A DNA stretch of 64,000 bases from Porphyrobacter sp. (GCA_016125555.1 WGLN01000012.1:11238-75237), one strand, 5' to 3'. Positions 1 through 9,884 are shown, counted from the first letter of the stretch. Numbers and translations: made by a program. The notes: generated by a model from the sequence alone, not told the origin.

Positions 1-870
1 GCCAAGGTCCTCGCCAGCCCCGCCGTGCGTCAGCGCGCGCGTGACCTCGGCATCGACCTGGCCGAAGTGAAGCCCGCCGAGGACGGCCGCATCCGCCACG
101 GCGATCTCGACCAGTTCCTCGCCTACAACGCGGGCGGCGGCTTCGCTTCGGGCAAGGCGCGCGCCGACGAGACGATCAAGGTCATCGGCTTGCGCAAGCG
201 CATCGCCCAGAACATGGCCGCCTCCAAGCGCCACATCCCGCACTTCACCTATGTCGAGGAATGCGACGTCACCGACCTCGAGGAACTGCGCGCCCAGCTC
301 AATGCCGGGCGGGGCGAGAAGCCCAAGCTCACCATGCTGCCGCTGCTGATCCGCGCGATCTGCAAGGCGCTGCCCGATTACCCGATGATCAACGCCCGCT
401 ACGACGACGAGGCGGGGGTGGTGACCCGCCACGGCTCTGTGCATCTCGGCATGGCGACCCAGACCGACAGCGGGCTTATGGTGCCGGTGATCCGCGACGC
501 GCATGCGAAGAACCTGTGGCAGCTTGCCCGCGAGATCGTGCGGCTGGCCGAGGCGGCGCGCAGCGGCAAAGCGACCTCGGAGGAACTCTCCGGTTCCACG
601 CTCACGATCACCTCATTGGGCCCGCTCGGCGGGGTGGCGACAACGCCGGTCATCAACCGGCCCGAGGTGGCGATCATCGGCCCCAACCGCATCGTCGAGC
701 GCCCGATGTTCGTGCCCGACGGGTTTGGCGGCGAGCGCGTCGCCAAGCGCAAGCTGATGAACATCTCGATTTCCTGCGATCACCGCGTGGTCGATGGATA
801 TGACGCCGCCAGCTTCGTTCAGGACGTGAAGAGGCTGCTCGAAAGCCCGGCGCTTCTTCTGGTCGAGTAG
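1..870 (+). CDS. 2-oxoacid dehydrogenase complex E2 (dihydrolipoamide acyltransferase), C-terminal part; 5' end lies upstream of the window
   Basis: Frame 1 is open from base 1 (AKVLASPAVRQRARDLGIDL resembles a peripheral subunit-binding domain). C-terminal catalytic motif DHRVVDGYDAASF. Confidence 0.9.
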   Translation, partial: AKVLASPAVRQRARDLGIDLAEVKPAEDGRIRHGDLDQFLAYNAGGGFASGKARADETIKVIGLRKRIAQNMAASKRHIPHFTYVEECDVTDLEELRAQLNAGRGEKPKLTMLPLLIRAICKALPDYPMINARYDDEAGVVTRHGSVHLGMATQTDSGLMVPVIRDAHAKNLWQLAREIVRLAEAARSGKATSEELSGSTLTITSLGPLGGVATTPVINRPEVAIIGPNRIVERPMFVPDGFGGERVAKRKLMNISISCDHRVVDGYDAASFVQDVKRLLESPALLLVE

Positions 871-906
871 GGCGAAAAAATTGCGCCGCGGACGGTGAGG
901 AGGGCG

Positions 907-935
907 TTGACAGCCCCTCGCGCCGGTCCTAATGG
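907..935 (+). promoter_or_regulatory. Candidate sigma70-type promoter for tRNA-Asp (TTGACA, 17 nt, TAATGG)
   Basis: Perfect -35 hexamer at 907-912 with a weak -10 at 17-nt spacing, about 50 nt upstream of the tRNA. Confidence 0.3.
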
Positions 936-988
936 CGCTGCTCCACGAGCGGGGCGCCCAAGGCCGCGCTGCTCGGAAAAGCCCATGC

Positions 989-1065
<77 letters not shown>

Positions 1066-1103
1066 CTTTCCGTCCCTCGAAAGTTGGCCGGAAACAAGCA
1101 GGC

Positions 1104-1133
1104 AAGGCGGGCGTCAGTCCGCCTTTTCTTTTG
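1104..1133 (+). terminator. Rho-independent terminator after tRNA-Asp
   Basis: AAGGCGG / CCGCCTT stem followed by TTCTTTTG. The stop codon of the convergent 1114-1356 gene lies in the loop. Confidence 0.6.
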
Positions 1134-1356
1134 CCTGCGGCGCGCTCCAGCGGCCCGTCTCCATCCAAATCAGGAAGCGTCTGAGCGGCAGCAGCCAGAC
1201 GAGGCCGAGCACGACGTAGACGATCGTCTGCGCCAAGGTCGGCCAGCCGCCGATCAGCTCGGGGGCGTAGACGGCGATCACCACTCCATAGGCCATCAGC
1301 GCGAGGAACAGCGCGAGGATACCGAAGGGGATTCGCCAGGTTGGGGTCTCGCGCAT
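1114..1356 (-). CDS. Small two-TM membrane protein, DUF2842-like
   Basis: 80-aa ORF with two hydrophobic helices and good GC3. Its start overlaps the stop of the upstream gene by 1 nt. Confidence 0.65.
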   Translation of the reverse strand: MRETPTWRIPFGILALFLALMAYGVVIAVYAPELIGGWPTLAQTIVYVVLGLVWLLPLRRFLIWMETGRWSAPQAKEKAD

Positions 1357-1928
1357 CAGTCAAGTCCGTAAATCCTGGTCGGGGTGACGACCGCATCGAG
1401 CGGCACGTCGTGGCTTTCGGTGGGCAGGGTTTCGCACAGCTGCACGTCCCATGCGAGGCCAATCGCCAGCGTGCCGGGATGTTCCCCGAGCCAGCGGTCG
1501 TAATGCCCGCCGCCCTGTCCCAGCCGCGCCAGATCGGCGGTGAAGCCGACCAGCGGCACGAACAGGACGTCCGGCACCAGCACCTCGGCGTCGGCTGCGG
1601 GTTGCAGCAGTCCGAAGGGGCCGACCTCGAGATCGCTTTCGCCATAGGGATCTTTGTGATGCGCGAAGACCATCGGCGCGCTGCGTCCGGCGAACCGGGG
1701 CAGGGCGAGCCTGTGCCCGGCTTCGAGGAAGAAGCGCGCATAGCCGCGCGCGGGCGCCTCCCAAGGGCCGGCGTGATAGAGCCCGATCACTGCGTCGCCC
1801 GCGATGCGCGCGGCGAGTGGTGCGGGTGGGCGATGGAACAGCAGCGCCCGGATCGCCTCGGGCTGCGCCGCAACATGGGCACGGCGCGCGGCGCGCAGGG
1901 AGCGGCGAAGATCAGGTTTGCTAAGCAC
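1356..1928 (-). CDS. 5-formyltetrahydrofolate cyclo-ligase
   Basis: 190 aa. C-terminal GQGGGHYDRWL-type motif, and a position downstream of zapA/6S as in E. coli zapA-ssrS-ygfA. Confidence 0.85.
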   Translation of the reverse strand: MLSKPDLRRSLRAARRAHVAAQPEAIRALLFHRPPAPLAARIAGDAVIGLYHAGPWEAPARGYARFFLEAGHRLALPRFAGRSAPMVFAHHKDPYGESDLEVGPFGLLQPAADAEVLVPDVLFVPLVGFTADLARLGQGGGHYDRWLGEHPGTLAIGLAWDVQLCETLPTESHDVPLDAVVTPTRIYGLD

Positions 1929-2019
1929 GGCGGCAATCGCCCTTCATCAATGGCGCCGGAACGGCCCGCAGGCCGCAAGCGCGACCGCGCGCCCGCAGGG
2001 GTGGCCCGAAGGGCCGGGC

Positions 2020-2210
2020 CCCCGGAGGAAAGCCAAGCGCGCGGACGCGCGCGCCGGCGCTTGAGGCCAGACAGAAAAAGTGGCGGAACCACCATGGGTC
2101 GTTTGCACTCGAAATCCTCTGACGCCAGTAACGTCAGGTGGGCGCCGTATACCCGAGCCTCCCGGACGAACCGGCAGACAGGGGCAGGGACAGCTCCCAT
2201 GGATTGCTTA
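2020..2210 (-). ncRNA. ssrS: Probable 6S RNA (ends approximate, +/-20 nt)
   Basis: 336-nt non-coding gap between zapA and the cyclo-ligase gene, which is the conserved ssrS position. Internal hairpin GACGTTACTGGCGTC, partial long-range complementarity (GCUCGGG/UUCGAGU, GGAGG/CCUCC), and a TATAAG -10-like element at about 2207-2212. Confidence 0.4.
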
Positions 2211-2264
2211 TAGCCTCAGGGATATTCAATCGGCTCGTGCCGGGCAGTCCCGCCGGGACTCAAT

Positions 2265-2717
2265 CTAGGCGCTTGGCCGGAGCGCTTCAAGCGCCGCCGC
2301 ACTGGCCTCGGCGCGTTCGGCGAGCGCTTCGAGGCGCTGGGCGATCGCGCCAGCGGCTTCGGCCGACCCGAACAGGTCGCTCTGCGACGGGGCTGCGGGC
2401 TGCGGCGCGGGGGCGGGCGGGGCTGCGCGCGCGGCGGACAGTTCGCTTTCGAGCCGCTCGATCTCGGCGCGCAATTCCGCGATATCGCCCTTGCCGCCTT
2501 TGCCGCCCCTGCCGCCCTTGCGTGCCTCGGCCAGCTCGTCGGCGAGGAACAGCGCGGCGAAGAGCAGGTTCTGCGCCTCGAGCGGTCCCCGCGCAGCCCC
2601 GAGCAGCGCGTATTTCTCCGCGATCATCGCACCGAGCTTCTCGACATGCGCCTCCTCGCCATCGGCGCAGGCCACCGGGTAGGACTTGGGGCCGATGGTG
2701 AGGGTGACGGTGCTCAT
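2265..2717 (-). CDS. zapA: Cell division protein ZapA
   Basis: 150 aa. The N-terminus MSTVTLTIGPKSYPVACADGEEAHV is typical of ZapA, and the gene lies in conserved synteny with 6S and the cyclo-ligase. Confidence 0.8.
   Translation of the reverse strand: MSTVTLTIGPKSYPVACADGEEAHVEKLGAMIAEKYALLGAARGPLEAQNLLFAALFLADELAEARKGGRGGKGGKGDIAELRAEIERLESELSAARAAPPAPAPQPAAPSQSDLFGSAEAAGAIAQRLEALAERAEASAAALEALRPSA
2489..2518. repeat. About 3.5 tandem copies of a 9-bp unit (YYTGCCGCC) inside zapA
   Basis: Read directly from the sequence. Encodes GGRGGKGGKG in ZapA. Confidence 0.6.
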
Positions 2718-2721
2718 CGCG

Positions 2722-2937
2722 CTATTCTCCCAGCCGGGCGATCAGCTCGTCGAGTTCGCGTAAGGAGTCCGCGACCTGTTCGCGCATCTTCTCGTGACTG
2801 TTAACGAGCTCGACCACGCGGCCCTGGCCCGCGGCTTGCTGTTCGCCGGGCAAGGCCAGTCGGGCGCGCACGGCGGCGATCCGTTCCATCGCGGCTTCGA
2901 TGCGCGTCATCGCGCTTTCGATGCGGCCTGCTGCCAT
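2722..2937 (-). CDS. Coiled-coil protein, DUF4164 / ZauP-like (ZapA partner)
   Basis: I trimmed the track ORF 2722-3171 to the ATG at 2937 (MAAGRIESAMTRIEAAMERI...). 71 aa, heptad-like, immediately upstream of zapA. Confidence 0.6.
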   Translation of the reverse strand: MAAGRIESAMTRIEAAMERIAAVRARLALPGEQQAAGQGRVVELVNSHEKMREQVADSLRELDELIARLGE

Positions 2938-3179
2938 GACCGCTCGAAATACCAATATAGCCGCGCGCGCGCAAAGCCTTGGGGGCGCCTGTTGATAAGT
3001 CTCCTGCGACGGGCTTGGCGCGGGCCTGTCACACGAGGTTGACCTCACCCCGCCGCTCGGCAATGGCACAGCCCGAAAATCGAGGGATCGAATCGCCGTT
3101 TGCCGCAGGTGGCGGACGGTCAAGGCTCCGGACCGGTAAGCGTCAGGTACCGGGGCCGCATCAGGAGACACGCGCGCCC

Positions 3180-5156
3180 ATGACGTTCGAACCCGCCCGC
3201 CTGCCGCTCATGGCCAACGTCATCCGCGCCCTCTCGATGGACGCGGTCGAGGCGGCCAATTCGGGCCACCCGGGGATGCCGATGGGCATGGCCGACGTGG
3301 CGACGGTGCTGTTCACCGGCCACCTCAAGTTCGATCCCAAGGCGCCCAAATGGGCCGACCGCGACCGCTTCGTGCTGTCGGCGGGGCACGGCTCGATGCT
3401 GATCTACAGCCTGCTCTACCTCACCGGCTATGCCGCGCCGACGATCGGGGACATCAGGAACTTCCGCCAGCTGACCAGCCCCTGCGCCGGGCACCCGGAG
3501 AATTTCCTGCTCGAGGGCGTCGAATGCACCACCGGCCCGCTGGGGCAGGGGATCGCGATGGCGGTCGGCATGGCGATGGCCGAGCGCCACCTCAACGCTG
3601 TCTTCGGCGACGATCTGGTCGATCACCGCACCTGGGTGATCGCGGGCGACGGCTGCCTGATGGAGGGCATCAACCACGAGGCGATCGGGCTTGCAGGCCA
3701 CCTCGGCCTCGGCCGCCTCAACGTGCTGTGGGACGACAACCGCATCACCATCGACGGGGCGACCGATCTGTCGACCTCGGAGGACATCAAGGCCCGCTAC
3801 GAGGCGACCGGCTGGCACGTGACGACATGCGACGGCCACGACTTCGCCGATATCGAACGCGCGCTGGAGGAGGCCAAGGCCGACCCGCGCCCCTCGCTCG
3901 TCGCCTGCCGCACGCTGATCGGCAAGGGCGCGCCGAACAAGCAGGGCACCAGCGCGACCCACGGCTCGCCCCTGGGCGCGGCCGAGGTCGCCGCCGCGCG
4001 CAAGGAACTGGGCTGGGAGGCCGAGCCCTTCGTGATCCCATCCGATATCCTCGCCGACTGGCACCGCGCGGGCGAGCCGGGCCGCGCGGCGCATGGCGCC
4101 TGGGCCGGCAGGCTCGAGGCCAGCCCGCACAAGGACGAGTTCCGCCGCCGCATGGCGGGCGACCTGCCCGAAGGCTTCAGCCTCGCCAGCCACATCGCCG
4201 GGCTGATCGGCGCGCCGCAGAAGATCGCCACCCGCAAGGCCTCGGAAATCGCGCTGGCCGCGATCAACCCGGCGCTGCCCGAGACCATCGGCGGCAGCGC
4301 CGACCTGACCGGCTCGAACAACACGCTGGCAGGCGGCATCGGCACCTTCTCCAACGAGAATTACGCGGGCCGCTACGTCTATTACGGCATCCGCGAATTC
4401 GGCATGGCCGCGGCGATGAACGGCATGGCGCTGCATGGCGGCGTGATCCCCTATGGCGGGACCTTCCTTGTCTTCACCGACTACGCCCGCGGCGCGATCC
4501 GACTCTCGGCGCTCCAGCGAACCCGCGTGATCTACGTGATGACGCATGACTCCATAGGTCTGGGCGAGGACGGGCCGACCCACCAGCCGATCGAGCACCT
4601 CGCCTCGCTGCGGGCGATGCCGAACCTCCTCGTGATGCGCCCCGCCGACGCGGTCGAGACCGCCGAATGCTGGGAAATCGCGCTGAACCAGAAGGAGCGC
4701 CCTTCGGTGCTGGCGCTGACCCGCCAGAACCTGCCGCAGCTGCGACTGAAGGCGGGGGAGAACCACTCGGCCAAGGGCGGCTATCGCCTCAAGGCCGCGC
4801 AGGCTCCGCGCAAGGTGGTGATCCTCGCCACCGGATCGGAGGTCGCGCTGGCGGCGGATTGCGCCGCGGCGCTGGAAGAACAGGGCGTGGGTGCGGACGT
4901 CGTCTCGATGGTGTGCTCGGAACTGTTCGACGAGCAGCCCGAGGCCTATCGCGCCGACATCCTGCCTGCCGACGCGCTGATCGTCTCGATCGAGGCGGCG
5001 AGCACCTTCGGCTGGCAGCGCTACACGGGCACCGGCGGCCTCAACATCGGCCTCGACCGCTTCGGCGCCTCGGCCCCGGCGAGCGACCTGTTCGCCCGTT
5101 TCGGCTTCACCGCGGACAGCATCGTGCCGCAAATCCTGAACAAACTGAACGCATAA
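3180..5156 (+). CDS. tkt: Transketolase
   Basis: ATG at 3180 preceded by AGGAGA. Motifs SGHPGMPMG and GDGCLMEG. About 658 aa. Confidence 0.95.
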   Translation: MTFEPARLPLMANVIRALSMDAVEAANSGHPGMPMGMADVATVLFTGHLKFDPKAPKWADRDRFVLSAGHGSMLIYSLLYLTGYAAPTIGDIRNFRQLTSPCAGHPENFLLEGVECTTGPLGQGIAMAVGMAMAERHLNAVFGDDLVDHRTWVIAGDGCLMEGINHEAIGLAGHLGLGRLNVLWDDNRITIDGATDLSTSEDIKARYEATGWHVTTCDGHDFADIERALEEAKADPRPSLVACRTLIGKGAPNKQGTSATHGSPLGAAEVAAARKELGWEAEPFVIPSDILADWHRAGEPGRAAHGAWAGRLEASPHKDEFRRRMAGDLPEGFSLASHIAGLIGAPQKIATRKASEIALAAINPALPETIGGSADLTGSNNTLAGGIGTFSNENYAGRYVYYGIREFGMAAAMNGMALHGGVIPYGGTFLVFTDYARGAIRLSALQRTRVIYVMTHDSIGLGEDGPTHQPIEHLASLRAMPNLLVMRPADAVETAECWEIALNQKERPSVLALTRQNLPQLRLKAGENHSAKGGYRLKAAQAPRKVVILATGSEVALAADCAAALEEQGVGADVVSMVCSELFDEQPEAYRADILPADALIVSIEAASTFGWQRYTGTGGLNIGLDRFGASAPASDLFARFGFTADSIVPQILNKLNA

Positions 5157-5171
5157 GCAGGAGAACTTCTC

Positions 5172-6179
5172 ATGGCCACCAAGGTTGCCATCAACGGCTT
5201 CGGCCGCATCGGCCGTCTCGTCGCCCGCGCCATTCTCGAGCGCACCGACCACGATCTGGAACTGGTTTCGATCAACGACCTCGCCGACGCCAAGTCGAAC
5301 GCGCTGCTGTTCGCCTATGATTCGGTCCACGGGCGCTTCGACGGCGAAGTGAAGGCGGAAGGCGACGCCATCATAGTCAACGGCAAGCGCATCGCGGTGA
5401 CCGCCGAGCGCGATCCGGGCAAGCTGCCGCACGGTGAAATGGGCATCGACATCGTGCTCGAATGCACCGGCTTCTTCCAGTCGGACGAGGCGAGCCGACC
5501 GCACCTCGCCGCCGGCGCCAAGCGCGTGCTGATCTCCGCCCCCGCGACGGGCGTCACCAAGACCATCGTCTACGGCGTCAACCACCAGAGCCTGACCGCC
5601 GAGGACGTGATCATCTCCAACGCGAGCTGCACCACCAACTGCCTCGCGCCGGTCGCCAAGGTGCTCAACGATGTCATCGGCATCGAGCGCGGCTTCATGA
5701 CCACGATCCACTCCTACACCAACGACCAGCGCATGCTCGACCAGATCCACAAGGACCTGCGCCGTGCGCGGGCAGGGGCGGCGAACATGATCCCGACCAC
5801 CACCGGCGCCGCGCGCGCGGTCGGCCTGGTGCTGCCCGAGCTCAAGGGCAAGCTCGACGGGTCGAGCGTGCGCGTGCCGACCCCGAACGTGTCGATGGTC
5901 GATCTCGTCTTCGTGCCTTCGCGCGACACCTCGGTCGAGGAAATCAACGCCGCGCTCAAGGCGGCGGCCGAAGGCCCGATGAAGGGCGTGCTCGATTTCA
6001 CCGACGAGCCGCTGGTTTCGAGCGATTTCAACCACTACCCGGCGTCTTCTACCGTCGATTCGCTGGAAACCAGCGTGATGGAAGGCAAGCTCGCCCGCGT
6101 GGTCAGCTGGTACGACAACGAATGGGGCTTCTCCAACCGCATGGTCGACACCGCCGGGGTGATGGCGAAGTTCCTCTGA
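5172..6179 (+). CDS. gap: Glyceraldehyde-3-phosphate dehydrogenase
   Basis: 335 aa. INGFGRIGR Rossmann motif and active-site [10 protein letters not shown]. Confidence 0.97.
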   Translation: MATKVAINGFGRIGRLVARAILERTDHDLELVSINDLADAKSNALLFAYDSVHGRFDGEVKAEGDAIIVNGKRIAVTAERDPGKLPHGEMGIDIVLECTGFFQSDEASRPHLAAGAKRVLISAPATGVTKTIVYGVNHQSLTAEDVIISNASCTTNCLAPVAKVLNDVIGIERGFMTTIHSYTNDQRMLDQIHKDLRRARAGAANMIPTTTGAARAVGLVLPELKGKLDGSSVRVPTPNVSMVDLVFVPSRDTSVEEINAALKAAAEGPMKGVLDFTDEPLVSSDFNHYPASSTVDSLETSVMEGKLARVVSWYDNEWGFSNRMVDTAGVMAKFL

Positions 6180-6192
6180 CCTGAACACAGCA

Positions 6193-6262
6193 CCGTTCGT
6201 GTCGAGCATCGTCGAGACACCTCTCGGCACGAACGGTTCTCGTCTGCGCTCGAACCGAACGG
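6193..6262. repeat. Nested-hairpin intercistronic repeat, copy 1 (gap-pgk spacer)
   Basis: CCGTTCGTGTCGAGC...GTCGAGACACCT...GCTCGAACCGAACGG. Shares about 30 nt with copy 2 at 12480-12552 and has the same outer and inner inverted repeats. Confidence 0.7.
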
Positions 6263-6274
6263 AGAAGTTGGCCC

Positions 6275-7474
6275 ATGAGCTTCAAGACCCTCGATGACCT
6301 CCCCGCCGACCTCGCCGGCAAGGTCGCGCTGGTGCGCGTCGACCTGAACCTGCCGATGAAGGACGGCTCGGCCACCGACGTGACGCGGGTCGAGGCGGTG
6401 AAGCCCACCATTCTCGAACTGGCAGGGCGCGGCGCGAAGGTGCTGCTGCTCGCGCATTTCGGGCGGCCGGGCGGGCAGCGCTCCTCGGTGCTCTCGACCA
6501 GCATGGTTGTGGGCGATGTCGAGAAGGTCTTGGGCCGCGAGGTGATGTTCATTCCCGAGATCGCGGGGCCGGTGGTCGAACAGTCGATCGGCATCCTGCG
6601 CGCTGGCGATATCGGCCTCCTCGACAACACCCGCTTCTGGCCGGGCGAGGAGCAGAACGACCCCAACCTCGCGCAGGCGATTGCCGCGCACGGGGATTTC
6701 TACGTCAACGACGCCTTCTCCGCCGCGCACCGCGCCCATGCGACCACGGAAGGCCTCGCCCATTTCCTCCCCGCCTATGCAGGCCGCTCGATGGAAGCGG
6801 AACTGAAGGCGCTGGACGCCGCGCTCGGCAGTCCCGAGCAGCCGGTTGCCGCCGTGGTCGGCGGGGCCAAGGTCTCGACCAAGCTTGCGGTGCTCGAGAA
6901 CCTCGTCGGCAAGGTTCAGCACCTCATCATCGGCGGGGGCATGGCCAACACCTTCCTTGCCGCGCGCGGGGTCGATGTCGGCAAGAGCCTGTGCGAGCAC
7001 GACCTCGCCCCCACGGTCGCGAAGATCATGGACGAGGCCGACCACGCCGGCTGCACAGTGCACCTTCCCTATGACGTTGTCGTGGCGAAGGAGTTCGCCG
7101 CCAACCCCGCCAGCTTGCGGGTCTGCAATGTCCACGAGGTCGCAGCCGACGAGATGATCCTCGATCTCGGCCCTCAGGCGGTCGAGGCGCTCGCCGATGT
7201 GCTCAAGACCTGCCGCACGCTGGTGTGGAACGGTCCGCTGGGCGCCTTCGAGACGGAGCCCTTCGATGCGGCCACGGTCGCGCTCGCCCGCACGGCGGCG
7301 GCGCTGACGCTCGAAGGCTCGCTCACCAGTGTCGCCGGGGGCGGGGACACGGTCGCGGCGCTCGCCCATGCCGGGGCTTCCGAGGATTTCACCTATATCT
7401 CAACCGCGGGCGGGGCTTTCCTCGAATGGATGGAAGGTCGCGAACTGCCGGGCGTGGCGGCGCTCGAGGGCTGA
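6275..7474 (+). CDS. pgk: Phosphoglycerate kinase
   Basis: 399 aa. N-terminal VRVDLNLPM and a full-length PGK-like sequence. Confidence 0.97.
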   Translation: MSFKTLDDLPADLAGKVALVRVDLNLPMKDGSATDVTRVEAVKPTILELAGRGAKVLLLAHFGRPGGQRSSVLSTSMVVGDVEKVLGREVMFIPEIAGPVVEQSIGILRAGDIGLLDNTRFWPGEEQNDPNLAQAIAAHGDFYVNDAFSAAHRAHATTEGLAHFLPAYAGRSMEAELKALDAALGSPEQPVAAVVGGAKVSTKLAVLENLVGKVQHLIIGGGMANTFLAARGVDVGKSLCEHDLAPTVAKIMDEADHAGCTVHLPYDVVVAKEFAANPASLRVCNVHEVAADEMILDLGPQAVEALADVLKTCRTLVWNGPLGAFETEPFDAATVALARTAAALTLEGSLTSVAGGGDTVAALAHAGASEDFTYISTAGGAFLEWMEGRELPGVAALEG

Positions 7475-7475
7475 C

Positions 7476-7901
7476 ATGGGTGATGTCGCGGGTGAAATCG
7501 AGGCGCTCGAACTGCGTCTGATGCGCGCCTGGGTGGCGGGCGATGCCAAGGAGGCGAAGAAGCTGCTGGCACGCGATTTCATGGCGATGGTCGGCACCCT
7601 GCCGCCGCAGATCCTCGACCGGCCGAGCTTCCTCGCCGGGGTGGAGCGCGACTTTGCCTGCACCCGCTTCGCCTTCCGCGAGGTGTTCGTCCGCCAATAT
7701 GGCAAAAGTTCATGGTTCGTCGCCGGGGCGGAGCTTGAACTCGTGCTCGGCGCCAAGGCGTGGAAGGGGCCGTTCCTCCTCACCGGGCTGTGGCGCAAGG
7801 GCGCGATCGGCGGGTGGAAACTCGCCGAACGCAGCCTCGCGCGGCTCGACGAGGGCGAGGGGCTGGCGGCCGCGGTCGGCAAGCTGCAATTGTGGAAGTG
7901 A
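7476..7901 (+). CDS. SnoaL/NTF2-like small protein (DUF4440-like)
   Basis: ATG at 7476, 1 nt after the pgk stop. 141 aa. The longer track ORF (7329) overlaps pgk and was trimmed. Confidence 0.55.
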   Translation: MGDVAGEIEALELRLMRAWVAGDAKEAKKLLARDFMAMVGTLPPQILDRPSFLAGVERDFACTRFAFREVFVRQYGKSSWFVAGAELELVLGAKAWKGPFLLTGLWRKGAIGGWKLAERSLARLDEGEGLAAAVGKLQLWK

Positions 7902-7905
7902 CCCC

Positions 7906-8358
7906 ATGAGCGAAGCGGTCGAAAGCGCCTATGCGCGGCTCTCGGTGATGGAGGAGGGCGAGTTCGCCGGGTGGCATTACTGGGAGGGCGACCCTTACGA
8001 GACCCGCTCCGGCCCGTTCTTCCACCGCCGCGAGGCGGACGGCAGCTTTGTCAGCGCCTTCCGCGCCGAGCCGCGCCACATGAACGGGGCGGGGTTCATG
8101 CATGGCGGGTGCCTGATGACCTTCGCCGATTTCGCGCTCTTCGCCATTGCCACCGATGCGCTTGCCGGGGATTCGGCGGTGACGCTCAACCTTTCGGGCG
8201 ATTTCCTCGGTCCGGTCGCGCCCGGCGCGCTGGTCGAGGCGCGGGGCGAGGTTACGCGCGGCGGGGGCAAGACGATCTTCGTGCGCGGCATGGTGACGGG
8301 CGACGGTAATCCCGCGCTCAGTTTCACCGGCATCATCCGCCGCCTGTCGCGGCGCTGA
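7906..8358 (+). CDS. PaaI-family hotdog-fold thioesterase
   Basis: ATG at 7906 in the frame of track ORF 7543-8358. Motif NGAGFMHGGCLMTFADFAL is typical of PaaI/4HBT. Confidence 0.75.
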   Translation: MSEAVESAYARLSVMEEGEFAGWHYWEGDPYETRSGPFFHRREADGSFVSAFRAEPRHMNGAGFMHGGCLMTFADFALFAIATDALAGDSAVTLNLSGDFLGPVAPGALVEARGEVTRGGGKTIFVRGMVTGDGNPALSFTGIIRRLSRR

Positions 8359-8481
8359 TTTGCGCAGCCTGCTCCACGCGGTTGCAGCATCACCGAGGCC
8401 TCGCTAAGGCCGCGCAGAATCGCCCCTGCATAGGTATGCACAGCAGGCCGTCCCGACCGCCCCAGAGACAGGAAGCACGCC

Positions 8482-9372
8482 ATGAACAGCCGTGAAATGA
8501 CCGACCGCATCGCCACCGGACAAGGGTTCATCGCCGCGCTCGACCAGTCGGGCGGCTCGACCCCCAAGGCGCTGCGCGGTTACGGGGTGGAGGACTCCGA
8601 ATGGTCGGGCGATGAGGAGATGTTCGCGCAGATCCACGCGATGCGTGCGCGCGTGATCACCAGCCCCTGCTTCGGCAGCGGCAAGGTGATCGGGGCGATC
8701 CTGTTCGAGAAGACCATGGACGGCACGGTCGAGGGCCAGCCCACCGGCGATGCGCTGAAGGCGCGCGGGATCGTGCCCTTCATCAAGGTCGACGAGGGGC
8801 TCGCCGACGAGGTCGACGGCGTCCAGCTGATGAAGCCGATGACAAAGCTCGACGCGCTGCTCGAGAAGTCGGTGGCCAAGGGCATGTTCGGCACCAAGAT
8901 GCGCTCGGTCATCAAGGCCGCCAATCCGCAAGGCATCGCCGCGATCGTTGCGCAGCAGTTCGCAGTGGCCCGCCGAATCCTCGATGCAGGGCTGATGCCG
9001 ATCATCGAGCCCGAATACGACATCACCGCCGAGGACCGCGCGGCGGGCGAGGAAGTGCTGCTGGCCGAGATCACGAAGCACCTCGACGCGCTGCCCGATG
9101 GCGAGCAGGTGATGCTCAAGCTCTCGATCCCCGCGACCGCGGGCCTCTACGCCCCGCTGGTCAGCCACCCCAAGGTGCTGCGCGTCGTCGCGCTCTCGGG
9201 CGGGTTCTCGACCGACGATGCCTGCGCGCGGCTGGCGAAGAACCCCGGCATGATCGCGAGCTTCAGCCGCGGCCTCTTGCAGGACCTGCGCAAGAGCCAG
9301 TCCGACGCGGAGTTCGACGCGGCGCTCGGCAAGGCGATCGACCAGATCGCCAGCGCCAGCTGCTCGGGCTGA
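8482..9372 (+). CDS. fba: Fructose-bisphosphate aldolase, class I
   Basis: 296 aa. The N-terminal GFIAALDQSGGSTPKAL signature marks class I aldolases. Confidence 0.9.
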   Translation: MNSREMTDRIATGQGFIAALDQSGGSTPKALRGYGVEDSEWSGDEEMFAQIHAMRARVITSPCFGSGKVIGAILFEKTMDGTVEGQPTGDALKARGIVPFIKVDEGLADEVDGVQLMKPMTKLDALLEKSVAKGMFGTKMRSVIKAANPQGIAAIVAQQFAVARRILDAGLMPIIEPEYDITAEDRAAGEEVLLAEITKHLDALPDGEQVMLKLSIPATAGLYAPLVSHPKVLRVVALSGGFSTDDACARLAKNPGMIASFSRGLLQDLRKSQSDAEFDAALGKAIDQIASASCSG

Positions 9373-9385
9373 GCCTCGGCGCGCC

Positions 9386-9790
9386 TCAGCGCGTCTCGTA
9401 GGTGAAGCGGTAGTCCTCCGGCGCGACCTCGCGGCCGGTCTCCGGCGCGGGTTCGCCCGAGGTCAGCGCGATCACGACATCATGGGTGCCGAAGGGCTCG
9501 CCGAGCGTCAGGTCGGCGGTGTCGCGCCAGCCTGCGCCGTCGATGCGGGTCTTCACCACCAGCCGCCCGGCCCAGGTGCAGCGGGCATTGACCGGGCAGC
9601 GGCTGTCCTCGACCACCTCGCGCGGGGTCACGACGACCTTGCCCACCGCCACCGGCTGGAGCAGCGCCACCGCACTGCCCGGCGGCAGCGGCGTGCCCTC
9701 GACGATGGGCGCATCGGGAATGGTGGCGCAGCCTGCGAGCGTTGCGGCGGCAAGGGCGAGGGCGGCGAGGCGGAGCGGCGGTTTCGTCAT
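9386..9790 (-). CDS. Lipoprotein of unknown function
   Basis: Trimmed to the ATG at 9790 (MTKPPLRLAALALAAATLAGC). Signal peptide plus lipobox LAGC. Confidence 0.6.
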   Translation of the reverse strand: MTKPPLRLAALALAAATLAGCATIPDAPIVEGTPLPPGSAVALLQPVAVGKVVVTPREVVEDSRCPVNARCTWAGRLVVKTRIDGAGWRDTADLTLGEPFGTHDVVIALTSGEPAPETGREVAPEDYRFTYETR

Positions 9791-9884
9791 GGTCGCCACT
9801 AGCGGGCCTGCGGCTGACCCTTGGCTGAACGGGCGGCGCATCAACAGGTGACAGGCGCGCGACAAGCGATTAGCCACGCGCGCC

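Noticed and set aside
3120-6230. 1036-aa ORF on the minus strand spanning tkt and gap
   Set aside because: It is antisense to two unmistakable housekeeping genes (transketolase, GAPDH). Its composition is Arg/Ala/Gly/Asp-rich and low-complexity, typical of stop-free antisense frames in GC-rich DNA. No motifs were recognised.
9791-9884. Possible TPP riboswitch upstream of thiE
   Set aside because: I could not find the conserved CUGAGA / ACCUGAUCUGGAUAAUGCCAGCG-type elements in the 94-nt spacer. A cmsearch with RF00059 would settle it.
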